Positions 36,605-49,430 are shown, numbered from the whole stretch's first letter. The stretch: DNA of 63,976 nt, filler included, from Reticulomyxa filosa (GCA_000512085.1; 20 parts of 20 records of this genome joined end to end with filler, not necessarily neighbours in it); one strand, 5' to 3'. Translations and numbers: made by a program. The notes: generated by a model not told the origin, from the letters alone.

Positions 36605-39026
36605 GGACGATCGAATACAATGGAACCAAGAGCACTTCGTGCCAATGCTAATGCAAATGCAAATGCAAATGCTAATGCTAATGCTAATGGCAATGCACGT
36701 GAGGAGAAGAAACGCCAAGCTCAGACTCAGACTGAACATGCAAAGACAACAAAGAACAAGGCGGATAATCGCAACAATGACAGAAGCAACAGTCGTGGCG
36801 GACAACCCAAGTCGACTGCCGACGATGGCAATGGACCAGTGAAATATGCAGATCGAAAGAAAACATCTTCAGATATTCGTGACATTAAGAAGAAACACGT
36901 GGATGAGACTCAGGGTGGAAAGGGGGATGCGCATCTTCCCATCGCCACCACCACCACTGCCACAAACGTACACACGAATAAAGCAAAGAACGTGGTTGTC
37001 AAAGCGATAGAAACAGAAACAGAAGCAGAGATGGAGATGGAGATGGAGATAGAAGAAGAGACGGAGATTGAGACTGAACACAAACGCAACGCAGATTCGA
37101 TGGGTGATAACAACAACGAAGTCGTCAGCATTGTAATCAAGACCGATGCTATTAACGACGAACACGCACATGTCGATATGGATGCGCACTTGGAAGAGCC
37201 AGAACCAGAACAACAAGAACAAGAACAAGAAGAAAGAGAACGAGAAGAAACTCCAGAAGATACGTCCGAAGAAAGGTTGGAAGAAAAACTGGGCGAAGAG
37301 CCAATCACAGAAACTCCAGGCAATATTCACGCTGATGTGGATGCAGCAACGGTAATGAAATCAAATGAAAAAGAAAAGGAAAAGGAAAAAGAAAAAGAAA
37401 AGGAAAAAGAAAAAGAAGAAGAAGAAGAAGAAGAGGAAGAATTGGCAAGACCTGAAATACAAAGGACGTCCTCCGACGCAAATGCGCCAATGGACGAATC
37501 CCAAAAGAAGGATGGCAACAGTGCTGGGTCGTTTCCCTACGCTGTGGGAGACTTGGTGTTGCTCAACGGGGATCGAAAGGGCTATGTACGCTACACCGGC
37601 CCTGTCGAGTTTGGCGATGGAATTTATTATGGAATTGAGTTAATCGATGGAAGTGTTGGAGTTCATGATGGAACGGTCAATGGTGTCAAATATTTTTCAG
37701 TTTTTTAGATTTTGCAATATTATATTATATATATATGTATAAATATATGTATATATATATGTATATGTATGCAATGTTGTATATGTAAAATGACACAAGA
37801 CCCCATACAAGCGTGGAATGCTGGTAAAGGAAAACCGAATTCGTCGAAAGGCGACGGAACGTGACGCCAGAAACTCGTTTGCGGAGAGACGCCGTGAAAG
37901 CTTGGTGATGATTGAGCAAGCCAAGGCCCAGCAATTGACGACAGTTGCTGCAATCACCTCCACAGCTCCTCCCACCGCCACCTCTGCTGCTCGAGTCTCT
38001 CTTCCTTCCGCTCCTGGTGTTCTTGGGCCTTCCCATTCTTCCCAGTCGTCCGAGGATAGGACGGTCAATACGAGTACTAACAACAATAACAATAAAGACA
38101 ACAATGTTGAGGCTCTTCCTTCGTCGTTGGTTGTTGTAAATGAGACAAGTCCTGTCTTGGCAGAAACAACAACAACAACAACAGCAACGGACATTAAAGC
38201 TGACCATGGTAACACTACTAATGACAATGACAATGACAATGATAATGATAATGACAATGATAATGATAATGATAATGACGTGACAGATAAACAGGAAAAC
38301 AACGACAGCCATTCAAACCCTTACTTGTTTCACGACAAACGGCGCAAGAGCAAAGAGTTTGTGCCGCATTCGAAAGTGAACAACGTCAGTACGGACAACA
38401 TGACACTGGAGACGAAATGGTCGAAGAACACGCCATTGCCGCCAGCAGACCCTGACGAGGATTCAAAGTCCAAAGAGTCGCGACGCCGACGGAAATCAGA
38501 CTTGCTGTTGCTCGCAAAGTCTTCTCCTGCGGACGAGGAGACCATTCGCAATTTGCAAAAAATCGGCCAAGTCTATCAAAACAAAATGTCTTCCAAAACA
38601 AGGTTGCAAGATCCCGACCACCATTCTGTTCTTCCTTCGCAACCACCATCGCAAGTTGACGATAGCGTCCAACACAAGCAAGATGACTCTGATTCTGAAC
38701 ACGAACAAGAGCAAGAGGAGGTGCAAGAGCAAGAAGAGGTGCAAGAGCAAGAAGAGGTACAAGAACGAGAAGAGATGCAAGAACATGAAGAAGAATATGT
38801 TCAAGAGGAACCAGAACAAGAACAAGGACAGGAACAGGAACAGGAACAGGAACAGGAACAAGAAGACGGTGACAATGAAAGAGAAGAAGAAAGACAACAA
38901 CAGCAACAGCAGCAAATGGAAAAAGTGAGACAGGCAAAACAAAAACTGCTTTCTGTAAATGAATCCGACACGGTGCCCTTGTCCAAAGGCCAAGCATCAA
39001 GTCCCAATGGCAATCCCAAAGACAAT
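36605..39026 (+). CDS. CAP-Gly domain protein embedded in long low-complexity acidic regions, partial at both ends
   Basis: YAVGDLVLLNGDRKGYVRYTGPVEFGDGIYYGIELIDGSVGVHDGTVNGVKYFS|TPYKRGMLVK. Intron 37700-37799 is in phase. AN, ND, QE and KE dipeptide repeats. Confidence 0.85.
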
Positions 39027-39454
39027 NNNNNNNNNNNNNNNNNNNNNNNNNNNNNNNNNNNNNNNNNNNNTTAATTAATTAANNNNNNNNNNNNNNNNNN
39101 NNNNNNNNNNNNNNNNNNNNNNNNNNGATTTTTTTTGTTGGTATTTACTTTATTCATGACGACGTCAAAGATAAACCATTTGATCTGGAACTTAGTTGGG
39201 TATTGAATGACTCAAAAAAGTTAATCTTACTTTGTTCAATTGTTTATTTGATTGTTGCATTGAACACAAAGAAAATTCATGTTTGGACGAACGATAGACA
39301 CATATTTGTTCCACAAGATGTGTTGTCAAAGCAACCCAAGATAAAGAAGTCGGATGATGAAGATGTTGGGTATCATTTAAAATAAATAAATTTAAAATAA
39401 AAATTAAAAAAGTGGTGGTCAAAACAAAGACCCTTACAACAAAATTAATGTTCT

Positions 39455-40300
39455 TCTGGTGCATCTTTTCGGTATCTTCTTGAGGCTCATCATCTTCATC
39501 GTCGTCAAAAATGTTGGTGCCTAATTTTAATTTATGGATACGGCCAGCAAATTTTACTGGTTTCTCCAAGCTGGATCCACTGGTCAACAATGTTGTTTCG
39601 AATAACAGCAACACCAGATCTTTAATTGTATTATCGAATTGTTTTGCTGCAAATTTTTCTTTTAAGTCAATCGCGTAGTCCGTGTTGATTTCCATCGTTT
39701 TTTTCGACTGCATGTATTGCGTCATCGAATTATCTTTAATGCTTGAGCCTTCATAATTCTTTCCATAAGCCGACCATCCATATTTTCCTTTATCCAAAGA
39801 TCATATCGAATCAACCATTCGATAGCTGACAATGACTTTTTCCATCTTGTGCTCCAGGATCTCCATTTTTTTCGTCAGCTCTTCATACGCCACTTTTTCG
39901 TACCCTAGTTTCTATAAAAACACACAAAAAAACAATTATACGTAATGTTTTTTAGTTTTTTTTTTTAAAGAAGTATAATACTTTTTAAAAAACTAACTTT
40001 TTCTTCGGTTAATGGTATAACCAAACCTTCTTTGGTAACGAACGCTAATTTCTTTCCATCATATTCTCGCAATTGTTGGACAGCGGATTCGTCGATAGGC
40101 ACTAAAAATAAGACTTCCAAGTCTATCTTCTTCAATGCTTCCAAAAACAGCGACACTTCTACATTTGCTCGCGATGCACCTGTAATGTAATAAGTGTGCT
40201 TTTGTTTTTCCATTTTGTAAACATATTCTTTTAGCGACTTGATTTCTTCATTAGATTTGATCGAGTGATATCTCGACTTCTTTGACACAAATAACAATTC
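39455..40300 (-). pseudogene. HSP90: HSP90 pseudogene (middle and C-terminal domains)
   Basis: SLKEYV..YYITG..LEVLFL-PIDE..QQLREYDGKKL..VTKEGL; YGWSA..DNSMTQYMQSKKTMEIN; KDLVLLLFETTLLTSG.SLE.P..FAGRIH. Frameshifts, several short deletions, no MEEVD. Confidence 0.85.
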
Positions 40301-41287
40301 ACAAATCTTTTTTTTTTGTCTTAAAAAAANNNNNNNNNNNNNNNNNNNNNNNNNNNNNNNNNNNNNNNNNNNNTTAATTAATTAANNNNNNNNNNNNNNN
40401 NNNNNNNNNNNNNNNNNNNNNNNNNNNNNACTGAATTTTTAAGTAATTTAACTTTTTTTTAAAAAATTACATTAGTGATATTCTAAATGGTAAACTTGCA
40501 AATATTAATCTATTATAACAATGCATAACCAAATGGAACAAAAAGAGTTTTGCATAACATTCAAATTTTGTATTTCAAATATTACTTTTAAATTATTAAT
40601 TACAAAACTCCTATCATAATAAATAAATTACTATTCTGAAAAAAAAAATTTTAAAATGTGTTATGCATGTGTTCATTTTTAGTACAGTGTATTTATTTAA
40701 ATGCACTTTACGTCATTAAAGCAAGTTATTGTAATTGTAAACAACGTATTGAAAGACATATTTAATTAAAATTTTGCATTTATTAAAAATATTTTTTCTA
40801 TTTTGATATATCAAAGAGAAGTGAAAAATAGAATTTTTGATTTTGGCAAAGAGAAATAACATATATCATAATTATTTTATATGCGATACACTTTTTGTTT
40901 TAAGAAAATTTCTAACAAAAAAAAGTGTTAAATTATTATATATTATTTACTTTTTGATTTGGAGACTGGTTAGTTCGATTCTCTTTAGCGAATATGTAAT
41001 TTATTCACTTGACACTGAAATTAATTATAAAATGTTCTTTTTTTGTTAATGTTTCTTCTCCCAGTGATATAGTTTGATTAACTTTCTTTTACTGAAATTA
41101 CTCTCTTGGAACTAAGTTCCTTTCGTATTACACTTAATCTTCTCACAAGTCCCACATGCGGATCAACATTTGGGAGAAGAAGATTATTGAAATTTTGTTC
41201 TGCTCTAGTACGCTGTTTGGATCAGAGTAAATTACTTTACTTATTACACATTTTGCCGAAAGATGGCTTGTGAATGCACAAGAGGTT

Positions 41288-41526
41288 ATGGCCACTAAAT
41301 TGGTTGGATTAGAAAAGTTACCTAAACGTATACAAAAGGAAATTGAAAGATTAAAAAAAAGACGCACGTAAGTTGTTTGTGATAAAAATGTGTTTACAAT
41401 TTTGAGTTTTTTTTCTTTCTCTATAGCACCTGGAATTGAGGTCACTCCAGACGAATACAACTACAGATACTTTCAACTTACATAAAATTGTTGTACAGCC
41501 AAATGTGGATAAACTCGGTCGAATTT
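41288..41526 (+). pseudogene. UBC13/UBE2N-like ubiquitin-conjugating enzyme remnant
   Basis: LPKRIQKEIERLKK|(intron)PGIEVTPDEYNYRYF, followed almost at once by PNVDKLGRI. The intervening ~40 aa of the E2 core is missing. Confidence 0.65.
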
Positions 41527-41626
41527 NNNNNNNNNNNNNNNNNNNNNNNNNNNNNNNNNNNNNNNNNNNNTTAATTAATTAANNNNNNNNNNNNNNNNNN
41601 NNNNNNNNNNNNNNNNNNNNNNNNNN

Positions 41627-42015
41627 CTTCGACTCCGACTTTGACTTTGACTTCGAGTTCGACTTCGACTTCGACTTCGGCTGCGACTGCGACTACGACT
41701 ACGACTACGACTAAAGCTATGAGTGTGACTATGACTACAACTTGTGCTACGACAACGGGCTTGAGAAGGGACGGACCTCCAATGGCGAGACACTGGAACG
41801 GAGTCTCTTTGGCGATATAAACTTGGAGTGCCTTCCAACAACTTCAGCTTACTACTCTGACTTTGCGTCGGGTCGGAATGAATCGAGTGACTGACGGATC
41901 TGCCGTGGAGCTCTCATTCCCACTATCCGCAGATTGCGATGGGACGACTGAATATGTGGACCAATGGCATAGATCGAGTGCTATTGCATCGTCTTCGTTA
42001 TTATTGTTATCATTT

Positions 42016-42068
<53 letters not shown>

Positions 42069-42575
42069 GTTATGCTCTATACTCATACAATTTGGAGTGA
42101 CTCCAAGAGGAGTCTGAATGGCTCCGACCACTTGAAGCTGTTCAAATGGGACTCCTTCTCCAGCAATTGCGGCTTGGTGCTCACGGATTTTGTGACTCAA
42201 AAAATATTTGCCCAAGCCAAAGGGCTGTCGCGAACACTTGGGACAAGGACAATGGGGCATATAAATGGGCTCATCTCGTTCCGAAGTGGTTTTGCGTGGA
42301 AAGTATTGAAACAACAATGGAGCGTATTGATGTGCATCGTGCAAGGTTTCAGTACACAGAACAAATCTTCGAACATATTTCAAGTCCATGAAATTCTGGC
42401 GAATCGCGCTGAGCATTTCATTTGTCATGGTTTTATTGGCATTTTGAAAGCGAACCAATTCCAGCCCAATAGTGTCAATGTCGTAATCAGGTCGCTCTTG
42501 AATGTTTTCTAAGCATTGATAGATATCCAACAGCTGCTGCTCGGTAAAGTATGCGTCTTTGGTTATCACTAACAT
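41627..42575 (-). CDS. Hypothetical protein fragment with poly-Asn tract and RS-dipeptide-rich tail
   Basis: 243-aa ORF (HCPCPKC, N-run), then an adjacent frame encoding SRSRSRSR repeats up to the contig end. Confidence 0.45.
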
Positions 42576-43356
42576 TACATTTCTTTGTAGATGTCATTGT
42601 GTTTATTGTGCGTTGTTATTTTTTAATAAAGAAAAAAGAGGAAGGGGTGGGGGGGGGTNNNNNNNNNNNNNNNNNNNNNNNNNNNNNNNNNNNNNNNNNN
42701 NNTTAATTAATTAANNNNNNNNNNNNNNNNNNNNNNNNNNNNNNNNNNNNNNNNNNNNCACCAGCAAATACAAAAGAAGAAGTAATAACTAAAAGAAAAG
42801 ATGATCTCGGAGAAGATTATTGGAAAAATACAAAATTATTCTCTCTTCCCACATATGTCGCGGGTCAAACAACCCCTAACTATATGCCCCCGTCTGGTCA
42901 GACTGCGTATTATAATAGCAATTACACCCAGCTCTAATGTCACTCCCAGCGCCCCAATGTACAATCCTAAAGCTGCTCCTATGGCGTATGCAAGTGCTCC
43001 TGAAGGAAGATACAAAATCTCTTTGGTGTACTTGCCATTTTCGTTTTGTTTTTTTTTTAATGAAGATTTACTGCTGGCAAAATTGGAATTTTTTGTTTTT
43101 TTTTCTTTGGGCTGTCATTTTGTTTCCATTTTCCAAACCCAGCAAAAAAAATTTCGTTTTTAAGTATCGGGTCGTACCTGCTTTTTTTTTCTTTTGTGAA
43201 AGTTACCGTTACGTGGCTTCCTGCAGTTTTCTGCGAAATTTTGATTTGAAACTTTTTTTTCTTGTTTTCAATTGGATATTGTAGGGTGTGTCGGCATAAC
43301 ATAACAAAATTTAAATCAATTTAAAAAAAAAGGTTTTTTATCATTTGCAAATAGAA

Positions 43357-44224
43357 TCAAAAGGATAGCACTTTTTTGTTTTGGAAACATTTATTGGTAA
43401 AGTTTGCTTGAAGAAAGATTATATGCGACGGTGAAAAGAAAACAAGTTTTTTTGTCGATATCTTGGCAAAAAGATAACGGTTCAGAGACTCAGAAATAGC
43501 TTTTAGATATACCAATTGAGATACATTACGATTTTTTCTTAAATTATTTCTTTGAAATTTGAAAACGGTCAACATGGGTGAAAGACTGCTTGATAGTATC
43601 ATCCTTTTCGATGAAAGTTCTAATCCTTTCACGGAATTTCACCAATTCCACAGGCTCAGAAAAATGATAGTCCTTTTGTTTTGCTTTTGAAACAAAAGTT
43701 GTTGAGATTGGTACAATCTCGTTAGCAGTACATTCCTGAGATAAATATTTCAGACATTCTTCAATAGCGAAATCAGAAGGTATCCACAGTGTGTCTCTAT
43801 TTTCTATGTCACAGCAGTAGCCAACAATGTCAGCGACAATAATTATTCGATAGAACTGAATTGAAGGTATTGTTTTTTTGATCAGAGATGAATGCTCAGA
43901 CAACCTTTCCAACGCACTCTTGAAAGACAATGTATAATCTGCTACGTTTACTTCTTTGCATCCTAATGAAGCAGTGCATTGATGAGCTAATACATCTACA
44001 TCTGTTTTGAGCTTTTTGTCAGTTATTTCCCAGCTGAAGCCTGCTCCTAGCGGCCTCGATTGCTTTTTTTTTTTATTATCGTCTTGCTGTGCAAGTGAAG
44101 ACGAAACCCGGCGCTTTGCAAAAGACCAAACATTCAGACGATTCAAAGCAATATTGAATATAATACCATGAGGTGGTTTTTTGTACTTACAAAGTAGTAA
44201 GCGACTATGTCTGAGTAGCGGCAT
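43357..44224 (-). CDS. Hypothetical protein, possibly mitochondrion-targeted, probable frameshift near 43555
   Basis: 226-aa ORF with an Arg/Leu/Ser-rich N-terminus. An overlapping frame continues to 43357. Confidence 0.45.
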
Positions 44225-44499
44225 AGATTCCTAAACTTTTTACCCCGACGTTCGCAAAACAATTTTTTTTGTAAACATAGACTCTACTGAAGCGTTGAAA
44301 AATATCATCTACCTTAATCATATTAAAAAAAAAGCAGATCGTGGTTATTGCTTAAGTTCGTTAGTAGTAACTTTGTTTTAAGTTCGTTAATAGTAACAAT
44401 TATGGCCCAAGCGTTAAGCACTAAAAAATTGCACATAAAAATTCGATAAAAAAAGCAAGCAAAACAAAAACAAAAAACTCGGACAGAACAACAAAAAAG

Positions 44500-44705
44500 T
44501 TGAAGATTATGGTGATTGGTGGCCATGAAACAATTGGAAAGTACATTGTGAAGGCATTGAAAGAGAACGACAAAACGGTAGAAACATGGATTGGAGGTCG
44601 TCCTAAAAAAGACAAAAAATCTGAGGAACGATACGTTGACGTGGACATTGGCGACACCAAATCAGTGGAGAGCTTTTTTAGCCACGTAAAGGAAATTGAC
44701 TACTT
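44500..44705 (+). pseudogene. Short-chain dehydrogenase (Rossmann) N-terminal fragment
   Basis: KIMVIGGHETIGKYIVKAL..GGR..VDIGDTKSVESFFSHVKEIDYL resembles the start of bacterial-type SDRs. The glycine motif is altered and no C-terminal half is visible. Confidence 0.5.
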
Positions 44706-45156
44706 AAAAAAAGTAAAAATAAAAATTAAAAAGGTGACAGCCCATTTGGCTAGTGTGGGCGCATTTTTGAAGTACTGAGCTCTGGTCATGTACAAGAAAA
44801 ATAGACCTTTTTTTTAATTTTGCACGCCAAAAGTGGTATAATTTTTTGATTGCACCTTAATCTTTTCAAAATAAGTATATTTCCATTGTTGCTTTTGAAA
44901 TATTCTTTTACATTTTTCCAAAACATTTCTCACAGTGTCAAGAATCGTATGAAAAGGCTATGAACAAAAAAAGAAATACACTAGATTAATAATTTTTTAG
45001 TGACAAATGAATTATTTCACATTAGGAAAAAAAGAACAATATAAGCATTTCTCAAGNNNNNNNNNNNNNNNNNNNNNNNNNNNNNNNNNNNNNNNNNNNN
45101 TTAATTAATTAANNNNNNNNNNNNNNNNNNNNNNNNNNNNNNNNNNNNNNNNNNNN

Positions 45157-45511
45157 TCGGAAAGCCTGCGCGGCGCCATCGCCGGCGTCGATAAAGGGCA
45201 GTGGGATGCGGCGCAGTCGCTGGGCCTGAGCTGGTGGCAGAGCATGCGCCACATCATCGCGCCGCAAGGCGTGCGGCTGGCGGTGCCCCAGCCTGGCCAA
45301 CAGCCTGATCTCGCTGATCAAGGACACCTCGCTGGTGTCGGTGATTACCGTGTCCGAGCTGATGATGGCCACCAAGGACATGATCGCGCAGACCTTCCAG
45401 CCGCTGCCGCTGTACCTGATGGCGGCGGCCATCTACTGGGTGCTCAGTGCCGTGTTCGAGCGTGTGCAGAAACGCGTCGAGCAGCACTTTGCCAAAGCCT
45501 ACCAACGCTAG
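45157..45511 (+). CDS. Polar amino-acid (cystine-type, YecS/TcyL-like) ABC transporter permease, 5' partial, one frameshift near 45288
   Basis: SESLRGAIAGVDKGQWDAAQSLGLSWWQSMRHIIAPQGVRLAVP(frameshift)SLANSLISLIKDTSLVSVITVSELM..TFQPLPLYLMAAAIYW..QR*. Contains the EAA-loop and KDTSL motifs. Confidence 0.88.
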
Positions 45512-45541
45512 CGGCCGGGTTGGCCGCAAGGGAATAGCACG

Positions 45542-46684
45542 ATGAAATTCGCCACCAAAGCCGTTCACGCCGGGTTTGATTACCACCAGCACAACCGCGC
45601 GGTGATGCCGCCGATCTACCAGACCTCCGCCTTTGCCCACGACGCGGTGGGCGAGCAGCTGGACTTTGCCTACGCCCGCACCGGCACGCCGACGCGGGCC
45701 GCGCTGGAGGCCAATCTGGCGGCGCTGGAAGACGCCCGCCACGGTCTGGCCTTCGCCAGCGGTATGGCGGCCATCGACGCGGTACTGCGCGCCACGCTGC
45801 AGCCGGGCGACGAAGTGATTGCGGTGGCCGACCTGTACGGTGGCGCCTACCGCATCCTCGATAAAGTGATGCAGCCCTTGGGCATCAAGGTGACGTTTGC
45901 CGACCTCAGCGATGCGGCCAACCTCAGCGCGGCTATCGGCCCGCAAACCCCGGCTGGTATGGCTGGAAACGCCAACCAACCCGCTGCTGAACCTGGTGGA
46001 TGTGGCGGCGCTGTCGGCCATTGCCCACGCCCACGGCGCCAAGGTTTCGGTGGACAATACCTTTGCCACGCCGTACCTGCAGAACCCGCTGCAGCAGGGC
46101 GCCGACATCGTAGTGCACTCGGCCACCAAATACCTGGGCGGGCACTCTGACGTGTTGCTGGGCCTGGTGGCGGTGAACGACGAGGCGCTGTTCAAGGCTA
46201 TCAAGTTCATCCAGAACGCTGCCGGCGCGGTACCCGGCCCGCAGGACTGTTTCCTTACCCTGCGCGGCATCAAGACGCTGGCACTGCGCATGGATCGCCA
46301 TTGCGATAATGCCGAGCGGGTGGCGGCCTACCTGCAGCAGCACCCGGCGATCGAGAAAGTGTTCTTTCCCGGTCTGCCGGAGCACCCGGCCACGCGCTGG
46401 CCGCCGCCAGATGCGCCGCTTCGGCGGCATCGTCACCATCTACCTGAAAGATAACAGCCGCGAAGCCGCCAGCCGCGTGGCCAGCCGCCTGCAGCGTTCA
46501 TGCTGGCCGAGTCGCTGGGCGGGGTGGAGTCGCTGGTCAACCATAGCTACACCATGTCGCATGGCGGCATGCCTCCGGCACAGAAGGCGGCGCTGGGCAT
46601 TCGCAAGGTCAGCTGCGCCTGTCCATCGGTATCGAAGACATCGACGACATTCTGGCCGACCTGGCACAGGCGCTGGCCGACTGA
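45542..46684 (+). CDS. metB: Cystathionine gamma-synthase/gamma-lyase (Cys/Met metabolism PLP enzyme), several single-base frameshifts
   Basis: MKFATKAVHAG..PPIYQTSAF..YARTGTPTR..AFASGMAA..DLYGGAY; VWLETPTNP; VDNTFATP; PLP-lysine motif HSATKYLGGHSD; LAESLGGVESL; LSIGIED. Purine-rich RBS upstream. Confidence 0.88.
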
Positions 46685-46755
46685 GTTGAAATCAACTGGC
46701 AAGAAAATCGGCAGTAATTCAATAATGAACTTCTGTTAGTCAGGGGTTTGTGCCG

Positions 46756-47369
46756 ATGAAATGCGTGTGGCGAGTTGTAGGGTGGCTGGCGTTGCTGGTG
46801 TTACCTGCCCGCGCCGGCAACCTGCCGGCCATGGTGGTGGTCACCGAAGACGCCCGGCCCTTGCACTACTTGTGGCAAGGCCAGCTGCAGGGCGAGGCGC
46901 CGCAGTTTGTGCAGCAACTGATGCGACGGGCAGGCCTGCATTACAGCCAGCAGGTTTACCCGTGGGCCAGGGCCTACATGATGGCGGGCAGCCTGCCCAA
47001 TGTGCTTATCTATTCGATGGCGCGTACGCCGGAGCGCGAGCCGCAGTTTCACTGGATCGGCAAGCTGCTGACCGTGCAGTACGCGATGTACGCCCTGCAA
47101 AGCCGTAGCGACATCCGCGCCCGCAGCGTGGACGAGTTGCGTGCCTACCGCATCGGGGTGACTGCCAGTGATGTTCGCGCCAATTGGCTACGCGATCAGG
47201 GCCTGCGCGACGCCAGTGCAGACAGCCGGGCCGGCCTGGACGTGGCAGACGACAGCCTGAGCAACCTGCGCAAGCTGATGCAGGGCCGGGTGGATATGGT
47301 GCCCACCTCTGCCGTCGGGCTGAAATCGTTTTGCCAGAGTGAAGGTGTGGACTGCAGCCGTTTCCGGCG
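46756..47369 (+). CDS. Periplasmic substrate-binding protein (family 3-like), 3' partial
   Basis: Signal peptide (WLALLVLPARA); VVTEDARPL..YPWARAY..IYSMARTPEREPQFHWIG..LRKLMQGRVDM. Confidence 0.85.
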
Positions 47370-48412
47370 NNNNNNNNNNNNNNNNNNNNNNNNNNNNNNN
47401 NNNNNNNNNNNNNTTAATTAATTAANNNNNNNNNNNNNNNNNNNNNNNNNNNNNNNNNNNNNNNNNNNNATATATATATATATACATATACATGTATATT
47501 AGATTTGTATATATGATAAGTTAAAATAATAATGTTTGGTGTCGTAAGGTGTGTCTATTGCTGCTATCGTAGTTGGAGCGATTATACTCAGTATTGCATT
47601 GTCATTTGTAATTTACGGAGAACGCAGTTAAAGAGGACGAGAGGAGGGAGAAGAAAGGGGGGAAAAAAAAAGCCAATTTTAGTTTATTTGCCTTTTAATC
47701 AAACAATTTTGTTTGTTTGTTTATTTATGAAATGAAATGGACACCACGCAACAATAAACAGTGAAAATCATCAAACAAAGACAACAAGCAAAGGAAAACA
47801 CAATGGAGCTCGAACGATTTTTGGATTGAGAGAAAAAGCAACTATTGTTTTTCTTTTTTTGCCCGTTTTTTTTTTTTTGGAAAAAAAAAAAAAAAACAGA
47901 TATGGAGGAGAGAGCAAAAAATAAAACTGTTCAGTTTGAAAGAGTGCGTAAACTCACAAAAAGAGCAAAGCAAAGAAGGGGTTTTGTTGCAAGCAGATGT
48001 AAAATACTACAAAATTTGTGTTTTAGACTCAGACCATTTACTTTTCTGTGTTTGATAACACGAAAACTCATTTGTCTGTCGTCAAATAGTACATATTCTT
48101 TGATGCCATCACATTTTTGTTTTGTTTGCCTTTGGTTTTATTTTGACTTTGGTTTGTTTTTTTTAATAGATTTCACGCTTGTTTTTGCATTCTCAGAACA
48201 AAATTTTTAAAAATGCTAATTGATGAGATCACAACTTATATGGTTTTTTTTTTGGGGTAATGAAATAATTGGAAGCTATGAATTGTTTCACTTGTTAAAA
48301 GATCTAAAAACAAGATATTTCTTGATTACCAAGAAGCCAGTTTGTCCGGTTACAGTTTTTCCCATACTAACTGGCAGAACCTACGTGAAGACGTAAAAAA
48401 AATAAATTATAT

Positions 48413-49430
48413 ATGTCAATGTTAAAAGTGGTGAGTTTGTTAATTTCGCTGTTGATTTTTGGTGCGAATGTTGTTGCAAGAGCCAGAACTTGCAACGAAA
48501 ATGACGACTGTATAATCAGTTGTTCAAGCGCAAACAACACTTGCAACGGTCAGAAAATCGTATGTCCAACGAGTAATAGTTCACAGAGTTACTTATGCAT
48601 GATAAGTTGCTTGGACGCCTATTCTTGCATGAACACAACAATTGAAGCGGGAAAGAGTGTATCTACCTTAATATTTGAGTCACTTCAAGCCAACGCCTCA
48701 CACAGTGTAGGTAATGTATGTCAATGTTGTACAGGGTGGCTCTTTTTTTTTTTTGTTACAATCAAGTTAAAAAAAAAAAAAAACCAAGAACTAATATCCA
48801 ATGGCGCAGAAGATGTAGAGATATTGTGCAGTGGATCTGATGCATGTGACAAAATGGATTTGAAAGTAATAAAAGCACACTCGGTAACAGTCACAGTGAA
48901 CTCGACACATGGACAGAACGTGGATTATGGATCTCACTCAATCTATTTGGTAATTCAAGACAGTGAAGATGTATCATTGAACTGTTTGACCGATAATTCG
49001 TGTTATACTCATTCATGGTTTCTCCAAAACAATCACAACGTTTTCTTGGTTTGCAATGGAAGCAACGCATGTGGACAAAATCAAATCTATATCAATCAAT
49101 CCTTTCAAGTCGTTTTTCAAGGTCCATTGAAAACTCTTTGTTGTTTGCTTGTTTCAATGGAGAAGAAATATAAATATATATATATAATATTGTGTATACG
49201 TACATACGTATATATTAGCAAGTTTCGGATTGCCGTCGGTGTTCCACAACATACTAAGAGCGGATGGAGTGACTTGGTTTACAGTGAGAAGTTCAGATGG
49301 TGCATTACATGAAGGACACTTTGAATTGAGCAATATTCAAAATTTCTTATTGGATATTGCAGGTTCTGGGAATGCTTCACTTTCTGCGTGGCAAGTTCAC
49401 AATATTTCACGCGTTGCCATTAACAGTTTA
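48413..49430 (+). CDS. Secreted cysteine-rich repeat protein, multi-exon, 3' partial
   Basis: Signal peptide MSMLKVVSLLISLLIFGANVVARA, then recurring (I/L/V)xCxxxx(S/A)C..x(I/L) units: ISCSSANNTC, ISCLDAYSC, ILCSGSDAC, LNCLTDNSC, LVCNGSNAC. Confidence 0.7.

Larger units (their letters stand above)
45157..47369. other. Bacterial contig (GC-rich, intronless, operon-like) inside a eukaryotic assembly
   Basis: Abrupt switch to high GC with G/C-ending codons, three tightly packed co-oriented genes, and linkers on both sides. Confidence 0.93.

Noticed and set aside
36640-38870. Numerous antisense ORFs and hexamer repeats (AN, ND, QE, KE)
   Set aside because: Low-complexity coding microsatellites of the CAP-Gly gene; the opposite-strand ORFs are by-products.
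43544-44224. TCAIM/DUF4461-like assignment
   Set aside because: Only vague similarity around LWIPSDF; not supportable without a profile search.
45254-46291. 345-aa minus-strand ORF
   Set aside because: Antisense shadow of GC-rich metB and the permease.
45157-47369. Horizontal gene transfer island in the host genome
   Set aside because: It fills an entire contig between linkers with no host flank and no amelioration, so contamination or an associated bacterium is more parsimonious.
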